A stretch of DNA of 64,000 nucleotides. It comes from Octopus sinensis. Lineage: Eukaryota. The stretch covers positions 91,636,001 through 91,700,000 of the forward strand of contig NC_043002.1 in the NCBI RefSeq assembly GCF_006345805.1, read 5' to 3'. The notes below the pieces were generated by a model. That model was not told the DNA's origin. It was given only the letters and a program-made list of their open reading frames with translations, and searched no databases. Shown here one piece after another: positions 1 to 12,112 of the stretch. Position 1 is the stretch's first letter, and every line of letters starts with the position of its first letter. The position numbers and the translations under genes are program-made.

Positions 1-540
1 CACACACACTACTACTCAACACACGCTGGCACGCTACATACGCCCCCACCCCTTCCCCTCCCTCCCTTCCTCCTTCCTTCTTTTTCTTACTACTGACCTT
101 TGTCTGCTAAGCTGACCACTGTCTCGCCCTACCTCACACGCCTACACACAGACGCACACACTAACACATACATATATTTTTTGTTTTTTTATCTCGCCTC
201 ACACACACACATACACACACGCACACGCACACACTCACACATACACACACATCTGTTGCGTTACCAACCTTGTCTCCACTCTTTTGCCTTTAAAAACCTA
301 CTTTGCTCTTGTTATCGTAAACATCCGCCTTTCACCATGTGCAACTCGTAAACACCAGTCGTTTTTTTTCTCTATCCCTGTTGCCCGTTCTGGGATCTTT
401 CTTTCCTCTCTCTTCCTTCTTTATGTTTCCGACGAAGAGCTCCGCTCGAAACGTCATACCTCCCTGCTTCCATTTCCTGAGCGCCTATTAATAATAATAC
501 TGTATTTGTTCCATTGTTGTTGTTTTTTGTTTCCCGTTTG
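1..540 (+). mobile_element. Probable PLE 3' end / pseudo-LTR fragment
   Basis: Pyrimidine/CA-rich tract, then a hammerhead-like motif, then a short tail ending in (TA)n. Same architecture as 62900-63750 and 25700-25940. Confidence 0.45.
429..455 (+). ncRNA. Hammerhead-like motif (U4C variant)
   Basis: CCGACGA-A-GAGC-TCC-GCTC-GAAAC-GTC. Stem I is poorly preserved. Confidence 0.55.
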
Positions 541-549
541 GATTAAAAT

Positions 550-580
<31 letters not shown>

Positions 581-708
581 ATGTGTGTGTGTGTATGTGT
601 GTGTGTGTGCGTGTGTGTGTATGCATGTATATATATATAAGTATTCTTCGTCCACAAGACATTAAATAATCTTGAGGTGAGTCAAACTCCATCCAAAGAT
701 GTTGAGTG

Positions 709-1010
709 ATGGAGCACTCCGTCTGTTACGACGACGAAGGTCCCAGCTAATACGATCAACGGAATAGCCTGCTCGTGAAATTAACGTGCAAGTGACTGAG
801 CAGTCCACAGTCACGCGTACCCCTAACGTAGTTCTCAGGCAGATTCAGCGTGACACAAAGTGTGACAAGGCCGGCCCTTTGAAATACAGGTACAACTCAT
901 TTTTGTCAGCTGAGTGGACTGGCGCAACGTGAAATAAAGTGTCTTGCTCAAGGACACGACCTTACAATCGTGAGCCGAATGCCCTAACCACTAAGCCACG
1001 CGCCTTCACA
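709..1010 (-). mobile_element. Chimeric SINE: tRNA head + family-D core + family-A 3' tail
   Basis: The core GAGCAAGACACTTTATTTCA...ACTCAGCTG..AAATGAGTTG matches 3852-4179. The tail TACCTGTATTTCAAAGG...GACGGAGTGCT matches family A. The B-box region is deleted. Confidence 0.8.
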
Positions 1011-1076
1011 TATATCTATATGTATATATATATATATTATATATATAATATATATATATATGTATATATATATATG

Positions 1077-1162
<86 letters not shown>

Positions 1163-1224
1163 ATATATATGTATGTATATATATGTATATATATATATAT
1201 ATTATATATATATATATATATAAT

Positions 1225-1271
<47 letters not shown>

Positions 1272-1280
1272 GTATGTATA

Positions 1281-1356
<76 letters not shown>

Positions 1357-1375
1357 GCGTGTGTGTGTGTGTGTG
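1010..1375. repeat. (TA)n/(TG)n microsatellite
   Basis: Direct inspection. Confidence 0.95.
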
Positions 1376-2124
1376 CATTCATACATGAGATAGTAAAGAA
1401 AGTATCACTCAACACATTTGGTTGGAGTTTGACTCACCTCAGCGTTATTTAATGTCTTGTGGACGAAGAATACTTTCGCCTCATCAGACTTTCGGAGAGA
1501 GAAAGTGAAGGAAATTTAAAAGAAATCTAAAATAGTTTCTAAACGAGTGTATTTATGTCTCCATTACCCAGTTCAATTTGCGTCCTTGCTTTTGTTATCA
1601 AACAAACATTGGCTTAAAAAATTTTTTTTTTTACTGGAAGCTGCACGTAGTAGAGCAGACAGAATATTTTGGTCATTACATGGCTTTGTGTAGAGAGTAA
1701 TATTCCAGTGATATCAGCTTTTATAACATTGAATATTACACGCATAGCTCTCCCTGCGAATTACGTTAAGGGTATGCGTGTTTTTGGAGCCCTCAACCAC
1801 TTGCACGTTGATTTCACGAGCAGACTGTTCCATTGATTCGATCAAGCGGAGCCCGCAGGATGCACATGCCACACAACTATAAATATAAGTATGTAACTAT
1901 TTGGTTGAATATATGTCCGGTAAGTTTACCGTCATCAATTCACTGATTGTATTTTCTGGGGTTTTTTTTTCAATAAAATAGATTAAACTATTAATGGTGA
2001 GATACGACGGATTCATTTTCTCGGTAAACTTTCCCTGCGGTGAACGTATTAATTTTTATATTAGATTCACGTATTTGAAAGTTTTTTAAAATAAATTACT
2101 TATGGTTTTCTAGCGTCAGTGACA

Positions 2125-3028
2125 TCTATATTTCTCTATCCATCTCTCTCTATCTGTCTCTATCTCTCTATATCTCTCTATCTGGTTCCTTCGATACTGA
2201 GTCTTTGATTCACTGACAAATTTCACTTCAACCCATACATTTCTTTATTTTCCGAAAGATTTCTTATTCACTTTCTGTCTGTCGCATTAAGAAATATAAT
2301 TTCCGTCACCCAGTTCTTTTCATTCTTTACTATCTTCTGTACCCGTGTATTTCTGTATACGTATATAACCATGTCTAGAAGGAACGTGTCAAATTTCTCT
2401 ACAACGTCAAGCTCAGCCAAAAGAATGTCTCAATCCAAGGAAGGAGAGACAGCTGCAGAAAAGGAAGCATACCAAGAAACGAACAGACAGTGCACTACAG
2501 AAGCCAGAGCATCTCAAAGTGATGAACAGAGGTATGCATGGCTGACAAGGAATAGAACTCCACTATAGAACGAAGAGCAGTTGCGACAGCTCAGAAAAGC
2601 AACTTCTTTGAAGCAGCTTTCAATTATGATCAAGCAGTTGATTCTGCAGATGACACTAGGATTCATGCAAACTTTCAAGATTCAAGGGCAGGTTTATCAT
2701 AGGATTGGCTCCCTACCTCTATCAAATGAACCACCAAAATCTACCTTTCAGTGTTTATAATCTGTGCCTGTTTTTTTTTTAGTTACGAAATAAGCTACAA
2801 CAACGTGTTTTTGAATTATGAGCATTTACTTTCTATACACATATGAGTTGAAAACATTCTTCTAACGTTTCACTTAATATCTATGTTCCCTGCTGGCATG
2901 GGTTGGAGAGTTATTAATGTAGAAAGTTGATATCTCAGCTACAAGCAGTTGAGACCTGCGTAACCTACTCGGCGTTTTCAAATTTCATTATTCTCTTTAA
3001 CCTGAGCAACGCAGGGTATTTCTGCTAA
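2125..3028 (+). mobile_element. Deleted Helitron retaining Rep N-terminal coding remnants
   Basis: GFMQTFKIQGQVYHRIGSLP at 2659-2720, an E/R-rich N-terminal ORF at 2371-2568, and a 3' hairpin CCTG-AGCAACG-CAGG followed by CTAA|T (fits CTRR). The 5' boundary (A|TC at 2125) is tentative. Confidence 0.75.
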
Positions 3029-3429
3029 TAGATATACATGTATGTGTGTATGTACAAATATGGCCAAAAGTCAACCGACAGTAAATCAAAATTCCATAAA
3101 TACTATCTGTAATTCTGTATTGACTCGAATGGAAAAATGTGTTCGCTCAAGAAGGACTTCAGTTTGAACAATCTTCATGATGTTTCATATTTAGATGCTT
3201 TTATTAAATTCATTCAGTTTGTTAAGCATAAATAAATCTTAGAATTAAATGGTTTTGATTTACTGTCAGGTGACTTTTCACCAATCCTGTATATAAATCC
3301 GGTTCCTTTTATGCTTATTCTTATAGGTATCTCTTTCTTTATGCATTACTTTTCCATCATGATACAAATAAAATGAACCAAGTATCTATTATATCTTTTC
3401 TACTCCATTTTCTTTTATTAAATTTATAA

Positions 3430-3531
<102 letters not shown>

Positions 3532-3769
3532 CATGCGTGCGCCGTCGCGTGTGTATGTGTGTGAGATGTGATTGTTTGTTGTGTGTGTGTCTATGTATAT
3601 GCACGTGTATATATGTGTATGCGTGTATATGCATGTGTGCGTGTATATATGTACACTCACAATTATACGCATGTGCACACCTTCATACATGAGTTTTGTA
3701 TGCATATGTATGTGTTGGTGTGTGTAAATGCCTATATACATGTTTAATATATGCATGTGTATATATCTT

Positions 3770-3804
<35 letters not shown>

Positions 3805-3851
3805 TCTTCCATTACTAAGCTCTGACCTGTCCTCTAAGCTATATTGAGACA

Positions 3852-4179
3852 CCCTTCAGTCATGACTGACCGTGGGATTGCACCTAGAAAGTTACCCTCC
3901 TAGGCACAAGTCCGGGCAAGATGTTTATGGAAGACCAGAAGTTGCCCATGCATACCGACTTCCCCTCTCCACGCCACCAGTGTTATCCAAGGGAAAGGCA
4001 GCAGCCGATACAACTTGGCACCAGTGTCGTCGCAACTCATTTCTACAGCTGAGTTAACTGGAGTAAAAATGAAATAAAGTGTCTTGCTCAAAAACACAAC
4101 ACGCAGCCCGGTCCGGGATTCGAACTCACAACCTCACGACCGTAAGCTCGACGCTCTAACCACTGAGCAATGCGCCTTC
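3852..4179 (-). mobile_element. tRNA-headed SINE family D
   Basis: GGCGCATTGCTCAGTGGTTAG...GTTCGAATCCC head, then GTGTTGTG..TTGAGCAAGACAC core and a distinct tail. Confidence 0.8.
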
Positions 4180-4741
4180 CCTAACCTATATTCCTACATT
4201 CTTCATTCCACCATTTTACTACACCTACCTCCTCTCTCTTCCCTTCACTTAGGCTCTATCACTACATACCTCACACTCTTTTACTCTTTACCGTTTAATC
4301 TCTTTACACTTCCATATCTTTCTCTCTCTCTCATCCTCACCTCTCTATTCCTTCTATCAATTTATCCTGACTGACCACTGGCCAGTACACTTTCCCTCTC
4401 TTCATTTCTTTATAATCTCTCTCCCCACTTTTTTCCTCTCTTTCTTTTTTCTCCTCTTCCTGTTTTTGATTTGACCTTACAAACATTCCCAACTTTTAAG
4501 TCACTTCAAAAAAAACCTCGATCCAATAACACCGTTTACAAACTATGCTTGGAATGACCAATGCTACTGGAACTTACACACAAGGCACAGGAAACTTATA
4601 TGTATACCATTCTGCTTAAATAATGGAACTGCAGATGCAATATCCCTGCATATCTCACGTCTGTTTTCATTCCTCTACTTCACTCTCTATTTCATATCTT
4701 CCTTATAATAACTATTGCTTAATCATTTTCTCGCACCGTCT

Positions 4742-4781
4742 CCGATGAAGGGATATATAATATATCCCGGAAACAGCCTTG
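4742..4781 (+). ncRNA. Degenerate hammerhead-like motif (U4C; stem III decayed)
   Basis: CCGATGA-A-GGGATATA-TAA-TATATCCC-G-GAAAC-AGCCTT. The 8-bp stem II is intact, but there is no clean cleavage triplet. Confidence 0.45.
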
Positions 4782-5429
4782 GATTTTTATCTCATTCTGT
4801 TACTTTGCACAAGTGCACACACACACACAGATACATATATATGAGAAGAAGAAGAGATAGAGAGAGGGAGAGAATATGTACATACATGAATGTAATGGCA
4901 CTACAAATACATAAAGTAAATAAACACAAACCAAATGTACAACACGCAGATATACACACCTGTTCATATTCACGAACACAAAGCAAAGCAGTTATAGAGG
5001 ATTTCATGATTTTCAGGTGAACAAACTGACAATATCTGATATCTATTGATAAATATTGCCGTAAGCATGAACAGTCATTTTGACTAAAATGGAACAAGCA
5101 TTTATAATGGACAACAGCATCCGTTCATGTTATCTACATAAAGATTCTGCGTATCGTACTTCGATAACGTTTGTTTCATTGAAATCATATACTCTGTATT
5201 ACGTAGAAATAACGATGTTTATCGTCCAATACCATTGATAGCACTCTGCTTGCACATGGTTACAAGGGCCAGAAATGAGCAGGAAAAAGGTTAAATACTA
5301 TTGAATGTTCTCTACTTTAAGGTCAATATTTATTTCTGATCCATCGGCTTCAGTGGATTTAATGTTTCCGTTGACTTCAGGTGTATTTGAAATTAGAATG
5401 TCGAAGAACGTATATATATGAAACCTTTT

Positions 5430-5818
5430 GGAGGCGCAATGGCCCAGTGGTTAGGGCAGCCGACTCGCGGTCATAGGATCGCGGTTTCGATTCCCAGACC
5501 GGGCATTGTGAGTGTTTATTGAGCGAAAACACCTAAAACCTCCACGAGGCTCCGGCAGGGGATGGTGGTGATCCCTGCTGTACTCTTTCACCACAACTTT
5601 CTCTCACTCTTACTTCCTGTTTCTGTTGTACCTGTATTTCAAGGGGCCGGCCTTGTCACTCTCTGTGTCACGCTGAATATCCCCGAGAACTACGTTAAGG
5701 GTGCACGTGTCTGTGGAATGCTCAGCCACTTACACGTTAATTTCACGAGCAGGCTGTTCCGTTGATTCGGATCAACCGGAACTCTCATCGTCGTAACCGA
5801 CGGAGTGCTTCCAATCCA
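5430..5818 (+). mobile_element. tRNA-headed SINE family A (young)
   Basis: A-box TGGCCCAGTGG and B-box GTTTCGATTCC. TSD ATGAAACCTTTT at 5418-29 and 5819-30. Confidence 0.92.
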
Positions 5819-5904
5819 ATGAAACCTTTTAAAAATTTAGTTTAACATTCCAATAAAACTCATCTTATCTTCTCATCTTAAACGTAAAATGCGTTTCTTC
5901 AGGT

Positions 5905-6468
5905 GATAGCTTTGGGTATCCATTCACATACTGACTAGAAGTTCTAACACCTACATGTTTTGTCTTGATATAAAAAATGGTTTACAGCAAATATTCTGCT
6001 CAATACTACAGATTTGCTTGCTCTGGAGTAGTACCAGGCATTGACTCCCATAGCCACTGATCTTGATGGTTGAAAGTGTTATCATGTACATGTTTTTTCT
6101 TGGTGTAAAACATAGGCTACAGCAAATATTCTTCTCAATACCACATATTTGATTGTCAGTTGCTTGATCTTCACAACTTGAGCATATCCTTTAGTGGCTG
6201 ACTGTATGTTCGCCTCTGATCATCAGCAGGAGTAGTGGGTGAGCCTTATAGCCATGTGCTGAGGGGAATTCTTTGGGGTTTGGATTATTCACCTTCAGAA
6301 GCATGAGTGTTTCGTTCATCATCCTTAAACGACCTTTATTCCAGAATCTTTTGAGCGGGATAGGCGACTTGAACAAAAATCTAATTGGGCACCACCTGCA
6401 AGGTCATGTGCTGTTTGTGTTGATATGAGAGCAACATGTCGCGCACATATGGTTGTGATGCATGTGGG
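5905..6468. mobile_element. Diverged copy of the 557-bp repeat with a partial tandem duplication of its start
   Basis: CAGCAAATATTCT.CTCAATAC appears twice (~5985 and ~6120). The rest aligns to copy 1. Confidence 0.7.
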
Positions 6469-7192
6469 GCAGGAGGGGAAGGGAGGAAGACGAAAGGGTA
6501 GGAAGAGGATAGGAACGAGAGGAGGAAGGGCGTTTAATATTCGTTTCTCTGAAAGTTTATATAGAAATATCAGAGTGACATTGTCAACAAAGGAAACCAA
6601 AAAACTAACGAAGTGCTCAGAGACAACTGTGTAAGTATTTGTCTATGAAATTTATTGATATTAACCACATATAGATAACATTATTATAAGTGTTTAGAGA
6701 ATCCAACGTCCTCACACAGAATGTAATCACGGCTCTTGAAGCTTGGTCCGTATCAACATCAGACAGTGCACAACAACAAACACAAGAAAAGGGCAAATGA
6801 TTCAAATAAAAACCGTATCATTGAGCGCGAGATATTTGATTGGGGAGTAAGTACTTTGAACTTGTTGCACGAAAAAGCACGAAAAAGCACACGTGCAAAA
6901 CTTTCTAGCAGTAACAGTAAAAGATAAATCAGTACTCGACGAAAATGACGTCACTTTAAATAAAATGCTAGTCTCTACTGTTCAAGTGTCATAAATTAAT
7001 TAAAAATGCATAAATGGACATCAGAGGAATATGTTTCAGTTCTTCATACAAATATTACAGCGGTATACCTATCACAAAGAGAAAATACAATAGTGTTTTC
7101 GTACAAAATTTGGAAGTAACATAGCTCAAATCTTGATGTACCGCGGAAACCCTACAAGCTAGATCGCTTGAGAAATAACATTCTTAAAGGGA

Positions 7193-7195
<3 letters not shown>

Positions 7196-7245
<50 letters not shown>

Positions 7246-7274
7246 AATACTAATACTACTACTACTACTACTAC

Positions 7275-7307
<33 letters not shown>

Positions 7308-7336
7308 TAATAATAATAATGATAATAATAATAATG

Positions 7337-7423
<87 letters not shown>
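7196..7423. repeat. (AAT)n/(ACT)n microsatellite; further (AAT)n tracts at 7981-8160, 8363-8415 and 9256-9343
   Basis: Direct inspection. Confidence 0.95.
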
Positions 7424-7425
<2 letters not shown>

Positions 7426-7980
7426 GCCCTGATGCAGTACCAGGCAGTGGCTCTCATGGCTTCTGATCTTAACTGATTGGAAGTGTTATCATGTACATTG
7501 TTTTGCCTTGGTATAAAAGATGGGCTACTGCAAATATTCTGCTCAGTACCACAGATTTGCTTGTCAGTTGTTTGACCTTAACCAGTTGAGCATGGCCCTC
7601 AGTGGCTGACGATATGTGCATCTCTGATCACGAGCAGAAGTAGTGGGGGAACATCGTAGCCGTGTGCTGAAAGGAATTCTTAGTGGTTTGGATAATTCAC
7701 CTTTGGTAACATGGGTGGTTCTTTCAACATTCTTAAACAATCCTTATCCAAGGACCTTTTGAGCGGGATGGGCTACTCGACAAGAAGAAAATTTTAACTG
7801 GGCCCCACCCGCAAGGTCATGCGCTGTTTATCTTGATATGAGATCACCATGTCGCTCACATATGGTTGTGATGCATGTGCCTAGTATACCCTTATCAGAC
7901 GCGGGTATCATGATGGGTATACTGGGCTTGGTATATTTTACCCCAGTATCACTTTGATGGCATGCACTACTGTCTCATTC
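7424..7980. mobile_element. ~557-bp non-coding repeat with fixed ends, embedded in (AAT)n (copy 1)
   Basis: ATGCCCTGATGCAGTACC...GGCATGCACT.CT.TCTCA.TC, colinear with 54140-54695. No TIRs and no tRNA head recognised. Confidence 0.85.
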
Positions 7981-8020
<40 letters not shown>

Positions 8021-8068
8021 TAATATAATAATAATAATAACAATAATAATAATAATAATAATAATAAT

Positions 8069-8134
<66 letters not shown>

Positions 8135-8160
8135 GATGATAACGATAATAACGATAATAA

Positions 8161-8362
8161 TAGGATAGAGGAATAAAACCTACTTTAGTACAGCTTCAGA
8201 AACCAGTGTCATTAGGAACAGTTAGGATAATTATTGGGGTCCTTGATATCTAAGGTTACCTGGCGTAATCCAGTGGGAAGATTCTTGGCATCTAATGCTA
8301 CTTGTTGTAGCCCGGTGGTAGGATTCTTTTCTCTTCCATCAGACTAAATTGAGTGTATATGA
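8161..8362 (+). mobile_element. 3' tip of a different Dong-like family
   Basis: 8164-8253 translates DRGIKPTLVQLQKPVSLGTVRIIIGVLDI*, homologous to IQKIALLGTAHILRRTLSIQ*. An unrelated ~110-bp 3' UTR follows. (AAT)n on both sides. Confidence 0.7.
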
Positions 8363-8363
8363 A

Positions 8364-8415
<52 letters not shown>

Positions 8416-8418
<3 letters not shown>

Positions 8419-9251
8419 TACTGGACTAAACTAAACGCAAAAGAAATAGACAAAGAAAAATCCCAACAATGGTTGAGAAGCTCAGGACTCAAAGCAGAAA
8501 CAGAGGGATTTTTAATTGCAGCACAAGACCAAAGCCTCCCCACCAGAAATTACCAAAACATGTAATGAAAAGAAATATTACAAGTAACTGCAGAATATGT
8601 GGAGATGGACAAGAAACAATAAATCATATTATCTCTAGCTGCCCAGTCCTGGCTAAGAAGGAATATATTCACAGACATGACAGAGTTGGAACCTACATAC
8701 ATTGGAAGCTATGCCAACATTATGGAATAACAACAGAAAAAAGATGGTATAGGCACACACCAGAAAAGGTCACAGAAAACGAGAAAGCAACCATACTCTG
8801 GGATATGCCGATACACACAGATAGAGAAATTAAGGCCAACAGACCAGATATAGTTGTCAGAGACCATGAAGAAAAAAAATGCTTTCTAATTGATGTATCA
8901 ATACCGGCTGATGACAACGTGTCTCTAAAAGAAATGGAGAAACTCTCAAAATACAAAGACCTGGAAATAGAGGTAACTATAATGTGGAATCTGAAAACAG
9001 AAACAATTCCTATCATAGTAGGTGCATTAGGCATGATAAAAAAATATTCAGACAAATACATAACAAAAACACCAGGACTTACAAACACATAACATACAGA
9101 AAATTGCACTACTAGGCACTGCACACATCCTACGCAGAACACTTTCCATACAATAACTATCAGAGCATCACAACAAATCACAGCACATACCCAAAGCACA
9201 CAGAGCTGCGCTCGGTAGTGAAGTGAAAGCACGCTATAAAAAATAAAACTA

Positions 9252-9255
<4 letters not shown>
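8416..9255 (+). mobile_element. Second, shorter 5'-truncated copy of the same Dong-like family
   Basis: Near-identical to 55157-55995, with a 1-nt deletion near 8558 and a 2-nt deletion near 9090. (AAT)n on both sides. Confidence 0.93.
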
Positions 9256-9346
<91 letters not shown>

Positions 9347-10557
9347 TCTCACTTTGAAATAGAGCATCAAAAAGAAAGGAAATGCTTTATGAAAAAACAG
9401 GTAATGGCAGATCACTCTTGTACGCTACTGTATTATGTAAACCAGTTAAACCTGTGGTATGGTCGAGTAGGCGGCAACTAATTCGGCAACATCAGCAAGC
9501 TTGCTTGCTGAAGAAAGTGATAATTCGACACCTTGCGAGATGAAAAGCAAAACCCGACAAAGGGCAGAAAAACTCAGGGAAGTCAGCGACCATCCAAAAT
9601 TGTGTAAGAAACGAAAAGGAGAGAAAAAGGAGGTAGCTATCTTGTACGTGGAAAAATCAACGCAATGAAAGATAATCACGCGGGTGAGATGCTGACTCAA
9701 GAAAATAACCTGAACGGAGATCTCTTGATCAACGTTTTTGTATTCAGCGATCGGTGGAATAGATAGTACAATAAATAGTACAAGCATCAGGGTTAAGTGT
9801 GAAGATCGATCGTATTGTGAATACTGACTAGGTGGGACTGGTTGTTTATCTACGTCGAGGGATGATGATGAATGACCAATAAAATACCTAACGTAATCCA
9901 TGAAGATAAAACTAGCGCAAACAACGAAAACGAAATAAAAATTAAAACATGAGGAAAAATCCCTGGAACTGCACAATAATGATCAATAAAAACGAAATCA
10001 AATGTAAATGCAAAAATATAAATCAAAGCAGAGAATATAGGAGAGATTTAAAAATGGAAACTTCTAAAAGTGAAAATCATGACCCTGACACGGTAAAACG
10101 GGGTATAATTCAATAATTAATGAGCAAAAGATTATTTTCTTCTGAATCAACGGATACACCTCACAGTGATAAAACTCGACGATAAAGTAAAAATAATTTT
10201 TTTAAAATGGCTATCACAAAATCAAATGAAACAAATCTGAGCTTTAACATTACGAAGCTAACTGAAGTAATAATATATGCAGTAGCCATTGTGGTTACAA
10301 AACGGAAGTTGGAATTCCCTCAGATACATTCAAAAAGAAGTATCAAAACTGAAGCGAACAACACGGTAAAGCTGTGTGGTAAGTAGCTTGCTTACGAACC
10401 ACATGGTTCCGGGTTCAGTCCCACTGCGTGGCACCTTGGGCAAGTGTCTTCTACTATAGCCTCGGGCCGACCAAAGCCTTGTGAGTGGATTTGGTAGACG
10501 GAAACTGAAAGAAGCCTGTCGTATATATGTATATATATATGTATATATATATGTATA

Positions 10558-10609
<52 letters not shown>

Positions 10610-11280
10610 GTATATGTGTGTGTGTGTGTGTGTTTGTGTGTCTGTATTTGTCCCCCCCTCCCAACATCGCTTGACAGCCGATGCTGGTGTGTTTACGTCC
10701 CCGTAACTTAGCGGTTCGGTGAAAGAGACCGATAGAATAAGTACTAGGCTTACAAAGAATAAGCTCTGGGGCCGATTTGCTCGACTAAACCGGTGCTCCA
10801 GCAAGGCCACAGTCAAATAACTGAGACAAGTAAAAGAGTAAAAGAGAAAATATTGTTTTAAACAGATAGAAATTAAGGAAAATGACTTCTCAATTAGAAA
10901 TGATATCAATAAAAAAGCAGTACAACTAAAAGAAGAACAGAGGCACAAATACTACAGCGCTACAGTATAAACAAAAATATGTACCAGAAACTAAAGAGCT
11001 AAAGTCATCCTCAGTTAATGAATTAAAGAATTCGTCGCTATGAAAAATGCCAACGATTCTTTGAACAAAACGAACATTCAACAGCAAAACGAAACAATTC
11101 TTTCGAGAACTTGGTAAAAATTTTTGAAAAAAAAATCCAATGGAGTACCAGCGGCAAGTCAAGTGAAATAAAAGTATTTTGAAGAATATAGATGGTGAAA
11201 GGATCAGCAGAGGAATGGCAGATGAAAGCATTGCTTTCACAATGAACAGTATACATCCGTAATAACAGAACACGTAACAT
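9347..11280 (+). mobile_element. Old, decayed 5'/N-terminal part of a Dong-like element, interrupted by a SINE at 10371-10846
   Basis: Frameshifted fragments NITKLTEVIIYAVAIVVTKR (~10250-10310) and RIRRYEKCQRFFEQN/FNSKTKQFFRELGK (~11025-11120) match the pre-RT region of R4/Dong ORFs as I recall it. Starts right after (AAT)n. The 5' boundary is uncertain. Confidence 0.6.
10371..10846 (+). mobile_element. SINE family B (central (TA)n(TG)n, 3' (GTAAAAGA)n tail)
   Basis: GCTGTGTGGTAAGTAGCTTGC...GGTTCAGTCCCACTGCGTGGCACCTTGGGCAAGTGTC... Many copies in the window. Confidence 0.9.
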
Positions 11281-11736
11281 GAATATGAAAAAAAAATTTA
11301 AAAACTTTGACGTGAAAAAATTTCAGACTTCAGGATGGAATATTTTAAACAGAGGTTGATGCGGTACTAGTAGAGAAGTTTAATGTGAATCTGTTTTTAC
11401 ACGGGGAAAAGAAACAAACTTACTTGAATTACCCATATACACACAAATTATTTCTCTTATCTTAACTTATGTAATTCATTTATTTCGTCTTCGTAAAATT
11501 CGGTAGGTATTCTTCAGTTTATCTTCCCTAACTCTTCAAAAACAATTTGTACATTGCCTGCTTAAACGAAGTGAATCTATCGAGTTATATCCAGTGACAA
11601 TGTCAAAAGAGGCTACAAAGGGGATATTTTTGGCAAATTGTGATGAGGATTGAATTTGCCAGTTGCATCCTTATTTTACAATTCATCATGGTTAGTTTAG
11701 GCTTCCCACAAATTGTTCTCTGATACTAGTAGAAAG

Positions 11737-12112
11737 GTGCGGTGGCTGCGTGGTTCGAAGTTTGCTTCCCAACTATATGGTTGCGAGTTCAGTCTCCAAC
11801 TACAGCTCTGGACCGATCAAAGCATTGTGAGTGGATTTGATAAAAACAAAATGAAGTCAGTCATATACTTATATATAAACACAGACACACACACATACAC
11901 ATGCACATATATCTGTATGTGTGTGTTTATGTTTGATGGCAAGCGTTGGTTTGTTTACGTCCCCGTTACTAAGTTGTTCGGCGAAAATAACCCGATAGAA
12001 TAGTATCAGGTTTAAAAAAAGCAAAAAGTAATAGGGCCGATTTGTTGAACTAAAATATTCAAAGCGGTGCCCCAGCATGGCTCCTGTTTTGTAACCGAAA
12101 GAAGTGAATTAA
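11737..12112 (+). mobile_element. SINE family B, degenerate
   Basis: Head, GTGGATTTG, GTTTACGTCCCCGT and GCGGTGCCCAGCATGG remnants. Confidence 0.65.

Larger units (their letters stand above)
639..1475. repeat. 72-bp inverted repeats (639-710 / 1404-1475) enclosing a SINE and a (TA)n tract
   Basis: 66/72 identical by manual alignment. Confidence 0.9.

Noticed and set aside
5430-5505. tRNA gene-like sequences at SINE heads
   Set aside because: A/B boxes are present, but the cloverleaf is incomplete and continues into SINE body with TSDs.
6565-6846. Two plus-strand exon-like segments with GTAAGT donors (a similar pair at 33662-33900)
   Set aside because: Short, no homology recognised, and the second segment has stops in all frames.
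7424-7520. HDV-like ribozyme at the ends of the 557-bp element
   Set aside because: I could not find P1/P1' and P3 pairings by eye in either orientation. A descriptor search is needed.
9446-9976. 176-aa minus-strand ORF
   Set aside because: No recognisable domain. It lies antisense to the region better explained as the 5' part of a decayed Dong-like element.
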